This document shows positions 30,009-40,539 of a stretch of DNA of 64,000 bases, piece by piece. This stretch comes from an uncultured Bacilli bacterium (lineage in GTDB: Bacteria > Bacillota_I > Bacilli_A > RF39 > UBA660). A program made the position numbers and the translations under genes. Each line of letters begins with the position of its first letter. The stretch's first letter is position 1. Under the pieces are notes generated by a model, which made no database searches, was not told where the DNA came from, and was given only the letters and a program-made list of their open reading frames with translations. The DNA is taken from positions 7,338-71,337 of the forward strand of contig CAKOQQ010000007.1 in the NCBI GenBank assembly GCA_934101425.1. Reading direction: 5' to 3'.

Positions 30009-31160
30009 TTATTTTATAAAACCAATATAAATTAAGAATATAATAATAATACTTAACATTATTATTCCGTTTATTCTTTCACTTTTATCACTTTTATTGC
30101 TAACTCCTACTATTCTACTAGCTAAAACGCCACCAACAAGTCCACCTATATGTGCTGTATTTGCAATATCAGGCATCAATCCTATAATTAAATTAATAAT
30201 TATTATTGGTAATATTTGAGCTATAATAACATTTCCTAAATATGTTCTATAATAGTATCCAAAATACAATAATGAACCTAGTAATCCAAATATAGCTCCT
30301 GAAGCTCCAACAGCTATACTATTACCTAAAAATGGTATAGAAAGCAGTGATCCTGTAATGCCACTTATAAAGTATATAAATATAAATTTTTTAGTACCAA
30401 AGAAATTTTCTACTTGGGTACCTATTACATATAATGCATACATATTAAATAAAAAATGTATTATATTAGCATGTAAGAACATAGAAGTTATAATTCTATA
30501 ATATTCACCATTTACAGTATAAAACGGATATAAAGCGCCAAATTTTAGTAAAGTTATATTATCTATATCAGTAAAGCTACTACTTGATAACCATGTTATA
30601 ACAAATAAAATGGTATTTATTATAATTAATGCATTAGTAGCATATGGCTTTTTTTCTTGAAAAGTTGCTTCATTCTTTTTAGCTTCTTTTTCTCCTTTTT
30701 TATTTATATCTATTGATAACTTTTCAAAAAGTTCTATTCCTTCTTCACTAAATTTAGTCTTTTTATAAATATCAGGGAAATATTCTTTCACTACATCAAA
30801 TTTCTTTAAATCTTCTATTTCTTTTATTTCTACACATGATATATTCCCTGTATCACTGTATTTTTCTTTAGAAACATTATCTCCAATATTAACAAATATA
30901 CTAAGTGTATTCATGTTTAAAGATAATGTTTTTTTCTTTATTTTCTTTACTATTTGTTTTGTTCTAAATAAATCAAAATCCATTTGATCATTATTGTGAA
31001 TATAATTAGTTACAATTCTAACTATTTTATAGTCATTAGATAAATTCTCAAGCCATATTTCATTTTTAGCGCCTTGCAATATTATAGGTTGATATGACTT
31101 TTCTACTATAAAATAATGAAGTAATTTAATTGTTATTTCATCAAGCTTATTTACTTCCAT
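30009..31160 (-). CDS. rhomboid family intramembrane serine protease with ~190-aa N-terminal cytoplasmic domain
   Basis: C-terminal 6-TM core with GASGAIFGLLG (GxSG) and downstream AHIGG His. Confidence 0.8.
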   Translation of the reverse strand: MEVNKLDEITIKLLHYFIVEKSYQPIILQGAKNEIWLENLSNDYKIVRIVTNYIHNNDQMDFDLFRTKQIVKKIKKKTLSLNMNTLSIFVNIGDNVSKEKYSDTGNISCVEIKEIEDLKKFDVVKEYFPDIYKKTKFSEEGIELFEKLSIDINKKGEKEAKKNEATFQEKKPYATNALIIINTILFVITWLSSSSFTDIDNITLLKFGALYPFYTVNGEYYRIITSMFLHANIIHFLFNMYALYVIGTQVENFFGTKKFIFIYFISGITGSLLSIPFLGNSIAVGASGAIFGLLGSLLYFGYYYRTYLGNVIIAQILPIIIINLIIGLMPDIANTAHIGGLVGGVLASRIVGVSNKSDKSERINGIIMLSIIIIFLIYIGFIK

Positions 31161-31164
31161 TTAT

Positions 31165-32058
31165 TTATTCCTCCTTAAACATATTTATTATATCTACAAA
31201 TTCACTAGGTAACTCACTATCAAAATGCATATATTCTTTTGTAGTTGGGTGAATAAAACCTAATTCTTTGGCATGAAGACATTGTCCAAAATCATTTATA
31301 ATTTTCTTATTACCATAAACAGGATCATTAACTACTGGATGATTTATATATTCCATATGTACTCTTATTTGATGTGTTCTACCTGTTTCTAGTTTAAGTT
31401 CTATTAAAGTAGCTTTCTTATATCTTTCAAGTACTCTAAAGTTAGTAATAGCTTTCTTTGAATTTTCATCGGTAACAGCCATTTTCTTTCTATCTTTTTT
31501 ATTCCTACCTATTGGAGCATCAATAGTACCTGTATCATTATTTATAACTCCCCATACTAATGCAATATATTTTCTAGTTACGGTTTTATTTTTTAATTGT
31601 TCTGCTAAAAAATCATGAGCATAACTGTTTTTAGCAATCATAATTAGTCCTGTAGTATAAGCATCTATTCTATGAACAATACCAGGTCTAAAACTACTTT
31701 CAGATAAATTATCAGTATAATACATAAGACCATTTACTAAAGTATCAGTATAATTGCCATTACCAGGATGGACTACTACTCCATTTTTCTTATTTATTAC
31801 CATGACATCATCATCTTCATAAACAATATCAAGTTCCATTTTCTTTGGCTTTACTTCGATAGGATCTTCTACATAGTTAAAATCTATTATATCATTTTCT
31901 TTAACTACATAATTAGTTTTTACTTCATCGCCATTAACTAGTACTTGTTTATTTTTAATTGCTTTTTGTATTTGATTTCTAGATAATGAGATTTCATCAA
32001 GTAAAAATACATCAATTCTCTTACCACTTTCATTTACTTTTATTTGCATTCTTATCAT
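31165..32058 (-). CDS. rluD: RluA-family 23S rRNA pseudouridine synthase (RluD-like) with S4 domain
   Basis: HRIDAYTTGL catalytic Asp motif. Likely start at MQIKV, and overlaps the lspA 3' end. Confidence 0.8.
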   Translation of the reverse strand: MIRMQIKVNESGKRIDVFLLDEISLSRNQIQKAIKNKQVLVNGDEVKTNYVVKENDIIDFNYVEDPIEVKPKKMELDIVYEDDDVMVINKKNGVVVHPGNGNYTDTLVNGLMYYTDNLSESSFRPGIVHRIDAYTTGLIMIAKNSYAHDFLAEQLKNKTVTRKYIALVWGVINNDTGTIDAPIGRNKKDRKKMAVTDENSKKAITNFRVLERYKKATLIELKLETGRTHQIRVHMEYINHPVVNDPVYGNKKIINDFGQCLHAKELGFIHPTTKEYMHFDSELPSEFVDIINMFKEE

Positions 32059-32500
32059 CCTTTATTCCTAAAAATATTATACTTAATATAGATATTACAA
32101 TGCATATGTCTGCAAAATTAAATACTGGGTAACTATATCCAAAAAAGTTAAATGATAGGTAATCTACTACATAACCTCTTACTACTCTATCAATTAAATT
32201 ACCAAGTATTCCCCCTATTAAAATTAAATATAATATATATTCTAACTTTTTTATATTTTTATCTTTTATTAAATAATAAATAATTCCTATAATTATTGCT
32301 AAACTTATAAATGCTAAAAATAAAACTTCACCACTTAATATACTAAATCCAGCACCTATATTTCTAACATATAATAAACTAAAAAAATTATTTATAATTA
32401 TCTTTTCTTCGTATAAAGAAAAATTACTAGTAATTAAATATTTAATTAATTGATCTATAAATAATACTATAAATGGTATTATAACACACTTTTTCTTCAT
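32030..32500 (-). CDS. lspA: lipoprotein signal peptidase II
   Basis: 156 aa with NIGAGFS and FNFAD motifs. Confidence 0.85.
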   Translation of the reverse strand: MKKKCVIIPFIVLFIDQLIKYLITSNFSLYEEKIIINNFFSLLYVRNIGAGFSILSGEVLFLAFISLAIIIGIIYYLIKDKNIKKLEYILYLILIGGILGNLIDRVVRGYVVDYLSFNFFGYSYPVFNFADICIVISILSIIFLGIKDDKNANKSK

Positions 32501-32550
32501 TTTATCACCTTAATAATTATAACATAAAAAAAGCATAATAACTATGCTTT
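32501..32550. repeat. 50-bp intergenic module (terminator hairpin + TGTTATAAT -10 + RBS), copy A; 49/50 identical to 36227-36276
   Basis: tttatcaccttaataattataacataaaaaaagcataataactatgcttt versus the same sequence with one substitution at copy B. Confidence 0.8.
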
Positions 32551-34047
32551 AAATACTTTTTTTATAATACCATTTATATATATTTTTTCATCTTTATCAA
32601 GTAATAAATATATGTATATTAAATATATGATTCCATATATACATGCAAATATAAATAATTTAATCCAACCTAAAGTTATATTAGCAATTAAATATTTAAG
32701 TATTATAGATACTATTAATATAGGTAATAATATTTTTGTAAAATTTTTCCAATATGTAGGAATATCTATATTTATCACTTTATAATAATATATATTCATA
32801 ACTATAATTTGTCCAAGTATAGTTGCTAGAGCTGTTCCTATAGCAGCTCCAATTCCACCCCACGTTTTAGCTAGTGGTATACTTATTATTATGTTTAATA
32901 CAGCAACAAAAATATATACAATAGATCTAAATTTATGCTTGTTTTTAGCTTGAATTATTGATATACAAATATTTTGAGTAAGTGGAACTATGGATGGTGT
33001 TATTAGTAAAAGTACAATATAATAAACATCAATATAGTCCTTGCCTACCCATAATGTAATAAAGGTATTACCAAATATAATAAATCCTGTTAGAAACAGA
33101 AGAAGTACATATATTTGTAATCTAGATACTTTTATAAATATATTTGATAATTTTTTATCAGCATCTTTAGTTTCTAATGTTTTAGTTATCTTAGGCAAAA
33201 ACAAACCGCTAATTGCAGTAGAAAATAATGTATTCATTTGATTTATTTGACTTGCTAATGAGTAAATAGTAACAACTATAGTACCAGATACAGCACCTAG
33301 TATAACTTGATCAGTATTTCTATATATTTGATCAACTATTAAATTTAAAAATATATAAAAAGAATAAACAGATATTTCTTTAAATAAACCTGTATCAAAA
33401 CTTTTTAATTTAAAATCAATTTTCATTCTTAATTTTAGTAATGAATATATCATAATCATTACATTAATACTTAGTGATACTAATACAGCAACAAGTACCA
33501 TTGCTACTGATTTATATCCTATCATAAGTAATGGTAAAGTAAACACTGGCGTTGCTATAGTTTTTAAAAGTGCTAATAATTTTAAAAACTTAAACTTTTC
33601 ATGTGCCATTGCATATGATGTAAATGTACTAAGAGGAAATGTAAGTGCTATATTAAGTACCATTATAAACATAAGTAATTTAGCTTTATTTAGTTCAGAT
33701 TCTGTAAGTGATGCTGAAAATATAGCATCAACATTAATAACCATTATAATTCCTATAATAAACGCTACTATACCAATTATTATATATAAAAGCAAAAACA
33801 TACCATTTATTTTAGAGTCATCTTCACCTTTGGCTTGAGATTTTGATGAAAATCTAATCATAGCATTTCCAAATCCCATATCAAGCACAGATAAATACAT
33901 AGTTATAGAAGAAACAAGAGAATATAATCCATATTCACTCTTTCCAACTAAATTAAGCATTATAGGAGTATATACAAGTGTTACAATTATTGTTGCAAAT
34001 ATATTTAGATAACCAAGTATAGCTCCGGATTTAATTTCGTTTTTCAT
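32542..34047 (-). CDS. polysaccharide/teichoic-acid flippase (MOP superfamily, Wzx-like)
   Basis: 501 aa with about 14 TM segments. Confidence 0.7.
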   Translation of the reverse strand: MKNEIKSGAILGYLNIFATIIVTLVYTPIMLNLVGKSEYGLYSLVSSITMYLSVLDMGFGNAMIRFSSKSQAKGEDDSKINGMFLLLYIIIGIVAFIIGIIMVINVDAIFSASLTESELNKAKLLMFIMVLNIALTFPLSTFTSYAMAHEKFKFLKLLALLKTIATPVFTLPLLMIGYKSVAMVLVAVLVSLSINVMIMIYSLLKLRMKIDFKLKSFDTGLFKEISVYSFYIFLNLIVDQIYRNTDQVILGAVSGTIVVTIYSLASQINQMNTLFSTAISGLFLPKITKTLETKDADKKLSNIFIKVSRLQIYVLLLFLTGFIIFGNTFITLWVGKDYIDVYYIVLLLITPSIVPLTQNICISIIQAKNKHKFRSIVYIFVAVLNIIISIPLAKTWGGIGAAIGTALATILGQIIVMNIYYYKVINIDIPTYWKNFTKILLPILIVSIILKYLIANITLGWIKLFIFACIYGIIYLIYIYLLLDKDEKIYINGIIKKVFKA

Positions 34048-34055
34048 AAACCCTC

Positions 34056-35174
34056 CTACAAATCAAAATAGTCGACAAATACTTTTGTTGAAGTACCATC
34101 TTGATATTTATGATAGAAATCTCTAACTCTTTTTCTATCTTCTTTATAAGAATCTATATTATTAGATATTTTATCGATAAAAGTTATAAATTCATCTTTA
34201 TTTTTGATTTTGTCTCCTGGTGTTAATTTTTCAATATCATCAAAGCAAAATCCCCTATTATCTTTAAATTCTTTATAATCATCTACTATATATGCAATAG
34301 GCCTATCTAGTAATAGGTAATCAGCAAATACAGATGAATAATCTGTTATCAAAGCATCTGATTTACTCATAAGTTTATATAGATCTATATTTCTATCTAC
34401 TAACTCATCATTTTTCCATAAAAAGATATTACTAAGTGAACTACTATTTAGAGTTGATAAATCTTGGGCGGGATGAAATTTTAGTATCAGCAATATATTT
34501 TTATCTTTTAATACTTTATTTAAAGATTCTAATTCAGCATTATTAAAAAGTGGTACTGGATTATAATTTTTAGTAACAGAAGTATTTAAATCTTTATGTT
34601 TTTTATAAGTTGGAAGCCATAATATAAACTTACTAAACCCTTTTGTAATACTACTTACTTCATTATTTTCTAAAAATAATACATCATTTCTTGGTAAACC
34701 AGTTACAAGACATTTACTTACCTTACTATAGAATTCACTAGCCATAGCAGGAGAAACATTATCACTACTACTTAATACATAAGTAAAGTCTTCATCTTTT
34801 TGCATAAGACCTTTTGAACATTTAAATGGTAATCCATGAGTTAAATTAACTACTATTTGTTTTTTTATATTAGTTCCAATAACACCTCTATTACCAAAAA
34901 ATACATATTTGCTAGTAAAAACATGATAAAAATATCTTATTTTTTTCTTTTTAGTAATAAACTTTAATTTTTTTGTTTCTAATTTTTTATATCGTTCATA
35001 ATTATATACTGACCAAACAAAAGTATAATCTCTCTTACCCTTTTTTAATAAATAATCATATATAGCTTTAGCGTTATCAGAAAAATCTGGTGAACTTTCT
35101 AAAACTATTTTATTTTTATTTTTAGGAATTAATCCATTTATAAAAGATAGAATCTTTTTTAATATATTTTTCAT
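34056..35174 (-). CDS. CDP-glycerol glycerophosphotransferase family protein (TagB/TagF-like)
   Basis: 372 aa with C-terminal KFHP...ITDYSSVFADYLLLDRPIAY, the Glyphos_transf hallmark. Confidence 0.75.
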   Translation of the reverse strand: MKNILKKILSFINGLIPKNKNKIVLESSPDFSDNAKAIYDYLLKKGKRDYTFVWSVYNYERYKKLETKKLKFITKKKKIRYFYHVFTSKYVFFGNRGVIGTNIKKQIVVNLTHGLPFKCSKGLMQKDEDFTYVLSSSDNVSPAMASEFYSKVSKCLVTGLPRNDVLFLENNEVSSITKGFSKFILWLPTYKKHKDLNTSVTKNYNPVPLFNNAELESLNKVLKDKNILLILKFHPAQDLSTLNSSSLSNIFLWKNDELVDRNIDLYKLMSKSDALITDYSSVFADYLLLDRPIAYIVDDYKEFKDNRGFCFDDIEKLTPGDKIKNKDEFITFIDKISNNIDSYKEDRKRVRDFYHKYQDGTSTKVFVDYFDL

Positions 35175-36226
35175 GCTTTCTCCTTTAATAAATATTTATA
35201 TGCTGTATTAACTATTTTATCAAATATAATTGATAATAACAAAGTAAATATAATAGATACAATAAAATATAAATATACATTTACCTCGTTTAATCCTACT
35301 TCTTTGAATAATATATAACTAATTCTTTGAAGTATATAAATGTTAAATGTATTTTTACCTAAAAAATATAATATTTTATTACCGATATATACTTTAAAAG
35401 ATAAAAATAATATCATAAGTACAAATAAAATAGAAATTAAATTATATAATATAAGATTAATTATTCTATAATAAAGCATTCTTGAAATTAGATATAAAAA
35501 TATAAATGATACCATTAATATAAAAAGTGTTAAATAATATTTTTTGTTATCTTTTAAAAATAATAATATTTTATCTTTATAATAAGAAAAATACATACCA
35601 ATACTATAACATAAAATTGTATTGCACCAATGATTATCCTTATTCATTACTACGATAAATAATATATATACAAATGATAACATAGTAACAATATTTATAG
35701 ATTTTAAGACGTTTTTACATATTTTAAATGCAAATAAAGTTATAAAATACATACAAAATATAGCAAATATAAACCAATTACTATTACCAACTGCTTCATA
35801 TCCAATAAAAGAAAGTAAAATAGTTTTTAGACTATATGGTTCATTTATACATATATCAAGAAATAAGAAAAATAGTATAGCTATAGAAAATCTAATAAAT
35901 AATTTTAATATTCTGTTTTCAAAGAAAGTATCCATATAGTTCTTTTTATTCTTAATTGATTCTAATACACCATAACCAGAATAAAATAAAAAAGTGGTTA
36001 CCATTAGTTGACCTATTAAATTAAAAAAAGTAAAATATAGTCTATTTGTTTCTTGGTATTCTAAAACATATGAATTAAAATGGCTTATAAGCACCGCCAA
36101 AACAAACACACCATTTATCATTGTTGTTCTATTTTTTGATAATGCATCACTATCTATCGTATTTATACTCTTAAAATTAATACCATAGATAGATATAAGT
36201 ATCAATAATATAAGTAATAGTATCAT
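35171..36226 (-). CDS. acyltransferase family 3 membrane protein (O-acyltransferase)
   Basis: 351 aa with 10 TM segments. Confidence 0.6.
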   Translation of the reverse strand: MILLLILLILISIYGINFKSINTIDSDALSKNRTTMINGVFVLAVLISHFNSYVLEYQETNRLYFTFFNLIGQLMVTTFLFYSGYGVLESIKNKKNYMDTFFENRILKLFIRFSIAILFFLFLDICINEPYSLKTILLSFIGYEAVGNSNWFIFAIFCMYFITLFAFKICKNVLKSINIVTMLSFVYILFIVVMNKDNHWCNTILCYSIGMYFSYYKDKILLFLKDNKKYYLTLFILMVSFIFLYLISRMLYYRIINLILYNLISILFVLMILFLSFKVYIGNKILYFLGKNTFNIYILQRISYILFKEVGLNEVNVYLYFIVSIIFTLLLSIIFDKIVNTAYKYLLKEKA

Positions 36227-36276
36227 TTTATCACCTTAATAATTATAACATAAAAAAAGCATAAAAACTATGCTTC
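36227..36276. repeat. 50-bp intergenic module, copy B (see 32501-32550)
   Basis: tttatcaccttaataattataacataaaaaaagcataaaaactatgctt. Confidence 0.8.
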
Positions 36277-39200
36277 TTCTATTATTAATTCTAATCTCAT
36301 GCGGATACTATTATTTCTAACTATTTTAGCATTATATTTTTTACCATTATTATCATATGTAGTAGTAAAATTAATATTTGACCACATATAATCATATAGT
36401 TCTCCGTAATCATCTATATTATCTGTTTTAGTTCTAATTATAATTGCATATCTTCCTGGTTCTAAAGAACTTATATCTATAGTTTTATCATACCAAGCTT
36501 TTGTTTTATCAAAACCATCAGATACAGCTAAACTAACTTTATAATCTCCGTTAGTTATATACCCTAAATCAAATTCTTTTTTTGCAAATGTATTTATATT
36601 TTCAAAAATAATTTGTCTTTCTACATTTGATTTTAGACTGTAATTTCCTTTGTAAGAATGTGATGTACCTTTTATTTTTAAATTAAAACCACTAAACTCA
36701 ATTTTATAATATTGATTATACATATTATATAAAATTGATGTATTATAATTTGTAATTAATTCATTATCTCTAACGGTTAGTTCTAGAGGCATTTCTTTAG
36801 ATGAATAATCAGTTCTTAAAGTATATCCCCTACCATCACTTTCAAATCTAGATGGAATATTATTTAAGAAAAATACATTTTTTAATATTTTTTTAGTTTC
36901 AAAAGTATTTACTCTAGCTCGTACATATATTTTATAATTACCTTTTTCAATATCTTTTAAATTTATTTTTCCTGTGAACCATGACTTATTCTTATTTAAA
37001 GCTTCAAATGGTTCATTAGCAAGTATTCTATCTAAACTAACAATAGTAGTCTTTTTAGTTTCTTCATTTATGAGTAATAAATCATATTTTACAAACATAT
37101 CTTTTGTAATAACTATGCCATTTACATTTAAAAATCCTTTTATATCAAGTGTTTTCGTATTATTATTATAAGTTAAACTTTCTAAATGCAAATATCCATC
37201 TTTTTCTGTATAAGATATTTCTTCTACAGTAATAGTTACTGTTTTAGTTACTTCTTGATTATCTTTATCCTTTACCTTATAAGTAACATTATAAGTACCT
37301 GGTGTAGTTATATCTAAATTTGTATCAAAAATAATACTGCTAGTTAAGTCTCCATCTTCTTTATCACTAGCTTTTGCATAACTTTTTAAATCATAACTAG
37401 AATTTTGTTTTAAAGTAATATCAGATGCTGTAATTACTGGTAATTCATTTGCTATAACTGTTATTTTTCTATTATATGTATTTGATGTATTACCAAATTT
37501 ATCTATAGCTTTATAAGAAACATTATATATTCCTGGACTATTAATCATATCTGTAAGTGATACTTCTTTATCATTAAGTGTTATTATATAATCTACTTTT
37601 TCTAAATACTCATCATTGTATATTTTTAAGCCACTTAATATATCAAATTTCTTTAATGCAGCTATTTCTACATCATTACCCGTAACAATAGGATTATCAG
37701 CTTTTACTACTGTTATTTTAGCTACAACAGATTTATTGAAATTATTATTATCTTTTACTGAATAAGTAATTTCATATACACCCTCTTTGTAGTAATCCAC
37801 TTTAGAATCGTCATAAGTTATATTATTAGTTATATCTTTATCTTCTTTATCATAAGCTTTTATATTTTTAAGTAAATCAACAGTGTCACCTTGCTTAATA
37901 GTTTTATCTTCTACTGTTAACTCTGGTTGCGAGTTGTTTACATTTAAATAACTAGTTTTAATATATCCATAACTTCTTTCAAATGTGTAATTAGTATTTG
38001 CCATATTTTGATTATTATCAAGTGCTGGATCAGTTTGTACTTTATAGTATTCAGTATTATTATAAGTTACTTTATCTAATACTATAAATGCCATATTTTC
38101 TATTTTATAAGTACTATTTGAATAATTTTTGGTATAGTATATAGTGTTTGTTGCTGTAGCATCTCCCGGTTTTTTAAGTATTGGTACTACTTCACTAGAT
38201 TTTTTTATTCCAAGGGTATTATAATCATAATCTAATTTACCATATCTAGAGTCATATGAATATGCATGCATAGCTGCTTTTTCACCCCAATATGGATCAG
38301 ATGCATATTTAACATTCATACCACTTGCTTTATTACCGTAATGACTTCCAGCATAAACACTAGATGATGGTGATGCATATGAGTTGCCTAAAGTCCCATA
38401 TGCCATTATTGATAATCTAGGACTATCATATGTAGCAGCATTGGTACAAGGATTTTTATCAGAAGCGCCTATTCCAAATAAATTGTTTTTTTGCATGGCA
38501 ATTAAACTTGTTCCTGTACCAGATTCACTCATTGCTTTACCAAAAGCCATTAAACTATTTACTCCATATGTATTTTGAAGTTCAATAAAATAAACACCAG
38601 TACCATATAGTTTAGATAATCCTTTTCTACTCTCACTTGTCCATGCACAATTTTTAGCATAAACTTTAGTACTATCAGGTTGACTTGTATAACCAGCATT
38701 TCTAACTATCATATCAAACGTTTCAGCGTTATACCCAGATTTAGAATGACTAGGTAAATACATATAATATGAATAATATGGATTATCTTTATTTATTGCG
38801 TTACCATTAGTATTATTTTTATAATCATCTAGCATTAAAAGAATATCAGTATAAAAATAATTACTATCAAAACTATAATATTTATATAATGTACTATTAG
38901 ATACATTAGACATCTCTTTAGGAGCAATACCTATAACAAAGTTAGATGCTGAATCATATCCACCTATTTTTGTTTTATATCTATGGTATATTTCTCTTAC
39001 CATATTAGATCCACTACCAGTATTGTATGAATAATAATATGTACCTATTTCATCAGCATAAATCGTTTGTACTAAATCATCTCTTATATATCCTTCCACA
39101 CTACCATCTTTTACATAATACCAATCATAACCATCACTATTTACTGTTTTACTAGGTAAAAAAGTATATTTTATACCAGGGAATATAGTCTTTACTACTT

Positions 39201-39741
39201 CACTAGTTGTATTAGCTTCACTTCTTATATTAGCACCTATAGTGATATTTGATACTAAATATGGTTTAAAATATTTTGATATTGGTTTTATACTTACACT
39301 ACCAATTCTAGCCCATCCAGTAAAACCACTAATTTTTAATTTTACCATTCTATATGTTGGATTATAATCTATAAAAGCAGAATCTACTCCCCATCCACCA
39401 TTTACATAAGTATATGCATTACCATTAGAGCTTCCAAAAGATGGATCTTGGAATAAATTTAAATTATCTTCATAATCATTGTGATCTATTTGCCACTTAT
39501 TTGTTTCTACAAATGCATAATTAGCATTTAATATAACATTATTGTATTTTAATACTGCTACACAAGTAGTATCCGATTTTATTTCTTTCATTTTAGTTAA
39601 TGCTTCATTATATGTTTTATAACTACTAACTAACACATCACCATCATAATATGATTTATATACTTCATAGTCACTAGCATATACTTTTGAAGTGAAAATA
39701 AATAAAAATATAAATATACACGCTATAAATGTTTTTTTCAT
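36268..39741 (-). CDS. secreted cell-wall hydrolase: GH73 N-acetylglucosaminidase domain plus three Ig-like (Big/DUF5011-type) repeats
   Basis: Signal peptide ending VYASDYEV. SESGTGTS...NNLFGIGA matches the GH73 ESGWGTS...NNxFGI motif. Repeats of the ...PGTYNVTYKVKD...ITV type. Confidence 0.7.
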   Translation of the reverse strand: MKKTFIACIFIFLFIFTSKVYASDYEVYKSYYDGDVLVSSYKTYNEALTKMKEIKSDTTCVAVLKYNNVILNANYAFVETNKWQIDHNDYEDNLNLFQDPSFGSSNGNAYTYVNGGWGVDSAFIDYNPTYRMVKLKISGFTGWARIGSVSIKPISKYFKPYLVSNITIGANIRSEANTTSEVVKTIFPGIKYTFLPSKTVNSDGYDWYYVKDGSVEGYIRDDLVQTIYADEIGTYYYSYNTGSGSNMVREIYHRYKTKIGGYDSASNFVIGIAPKEMSNVSNSTLYKYYSFDSNYFYTDILLMLDDYKNNTNGNAINKDNPYYSYYMYLPSHSKSGYNAETFDMIVRNAGYTSQPDSTKVYAKNCAWTSESRKGLSKLYGTGVYFIELQNTYGVNSLMAFGKAMSESGTGTSLIAMQKNNLFGIGASDKNPCTNAATYDSPRLSIMAYGTLGNSYASPSSSVYAGSHYGNKASGMNVKYASDPYWGEKAAMHAYSYDSRYGKLDYDYNTLGIKKSSEVVPILKKPGDATATNTIYYTKNYSNSTYKIENMAFIVLDKVTYNNTEYYKVQTDPALDNNQNMANTNYTFERSYGYIKTSYLNVNNSQPELTVEDKTIKQGDTVDLLKNIKAYDKEDKDITNNITYDDSKVDYYKEGVYEITYSVKDNNNFNKSVVAKITVVKADNPIVTGNDVEIAALKKFDILSGLKIYNDEYLEKVDYIITLNDKEVSLTDMINSPGIYNVSYKAIDKFGNTSNTYNRKITVIANELPVITASDITLKQNSSYDLKSYAKASDKEDGDLTSSIIFDTNLDITTPGTYNVTYKVKDKDNQEVTKTVTITVEEISYTEKDGYLHLESLTYNNNTKTLDIKGFLNVNGIVITKDMFVKYDLLLINEETKKTTIVSLDRILANEPFEALNKNKSWFTGKINLKDIEKGNYKIYVRARVNTFETKKILKNVFFLNNIPSRFESDGRGYTLRTDYSSKEMPLELTVRDNELITNYNTSILYNMYNQYYKIEFSGFNLKIKGTSHSYKGNYSLKSNVERQIIFENINTFAKKEFDLGYITNGDYKVSLAVSDGFDKTKAWYDKTIDISSLEPGRYAIIIRTKTDNIDDYGELYDYMWSNINFTTTYDNNGKKYNAKIVRNNSIRMRLELIIEEA

Positions 39742-39832
39742 ATTATCACTCCTTTACCATATATTATTATATCAAAAAATGTCACTATTTTACATACCTT
39801 ATATAAAATATACAATTATTTTACAAAAAAAA

Positions 39833-39857
39833 GAAAACCGTAACGCTACGAGTTTTC
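39833..39857. terminator. hairpin terminator between divergent and convergent units
   Basis: GAAAACCGTAacgcTACGaGTTTTC followed by T-rich run. Confidence 0.4.
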
Positions 39858-39951
39858 TTGTATTATTTCTAATACAATTAATTATATGTTCTAGATTTTC
39901 TTTTATACTTTAATTTAAAAATAAACTATGTTATAATTTAATTGGTGATTT

Positions 39952-40539
39952 ATGAAAATATTAGATTATAGTCCAAAAGATGAGCTTAAAAATCTTACTA
40001 AAGATATAACTCATAAAAAGACTTTTAAAAAACAAATACCTAATTTACTTACCATGTCTAGAGCTTTTGGACCACTACTTATAGTTCCTATGGCACTTAA
40101 AAACAATATTCTTGGCGCTACAATAGTGTGTAGTTTAGTTGCTATAACAGATTTAATTGACGGCGCTGTAGCTAGAAAATTAGACGCTGTTACTGATTTT
40201 GGTAAGGATTTAGATCCATTATGTGATAAATTATTTGTGTTAGGTATAACAATACCTTTATTATTTTATAATTTATTATACTTAATAACATTATTTTTAG
40301 AAGGAGTTATCTCTATAATTAATTTAAAGTATAGAAAAGAAAAAATAACTAAAAGCAGTTATTTAGGTAAAATTAAAACAGGAACTTTATTTACATTACT
40401 TTGTACTAGTTATTTAAGTATCAATAATAGAATACCAGAACAAATAGTGCCATCATTATTTACTTTAACCACTTTTCTTCAAATAGCAGCAATATATGGA
40501 TATTATAATACATATAAAAAGATATCTAACTTAAATTAG
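39952..40539 (+). CDS. CDP-alcohol phosphatidyltransferase family protein
   Basis: DGAVARKLDAVTDFGKDLDPLCDK matches the D-G-x2-A-R-x8-G-x3-D-x3-D signature. Confidence 0.75.
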   Translation: MKILDYSPKDELKNLTKDITHKKTFKKQIPNLLTMSRAFGPLLIVPMALKNNILGATIVCSLVAITDLIDGAVARKLDAVTDFGKDLDPLCDKLFVLGITIPLLFYNLLYLITLFLEGVISIINLKYRKEKITKSSYLGKIKTGTLFTLLCTSYLSINNRIPEQIVPSLFTLTTFLQIAAIYGYYNTYKKISNLN

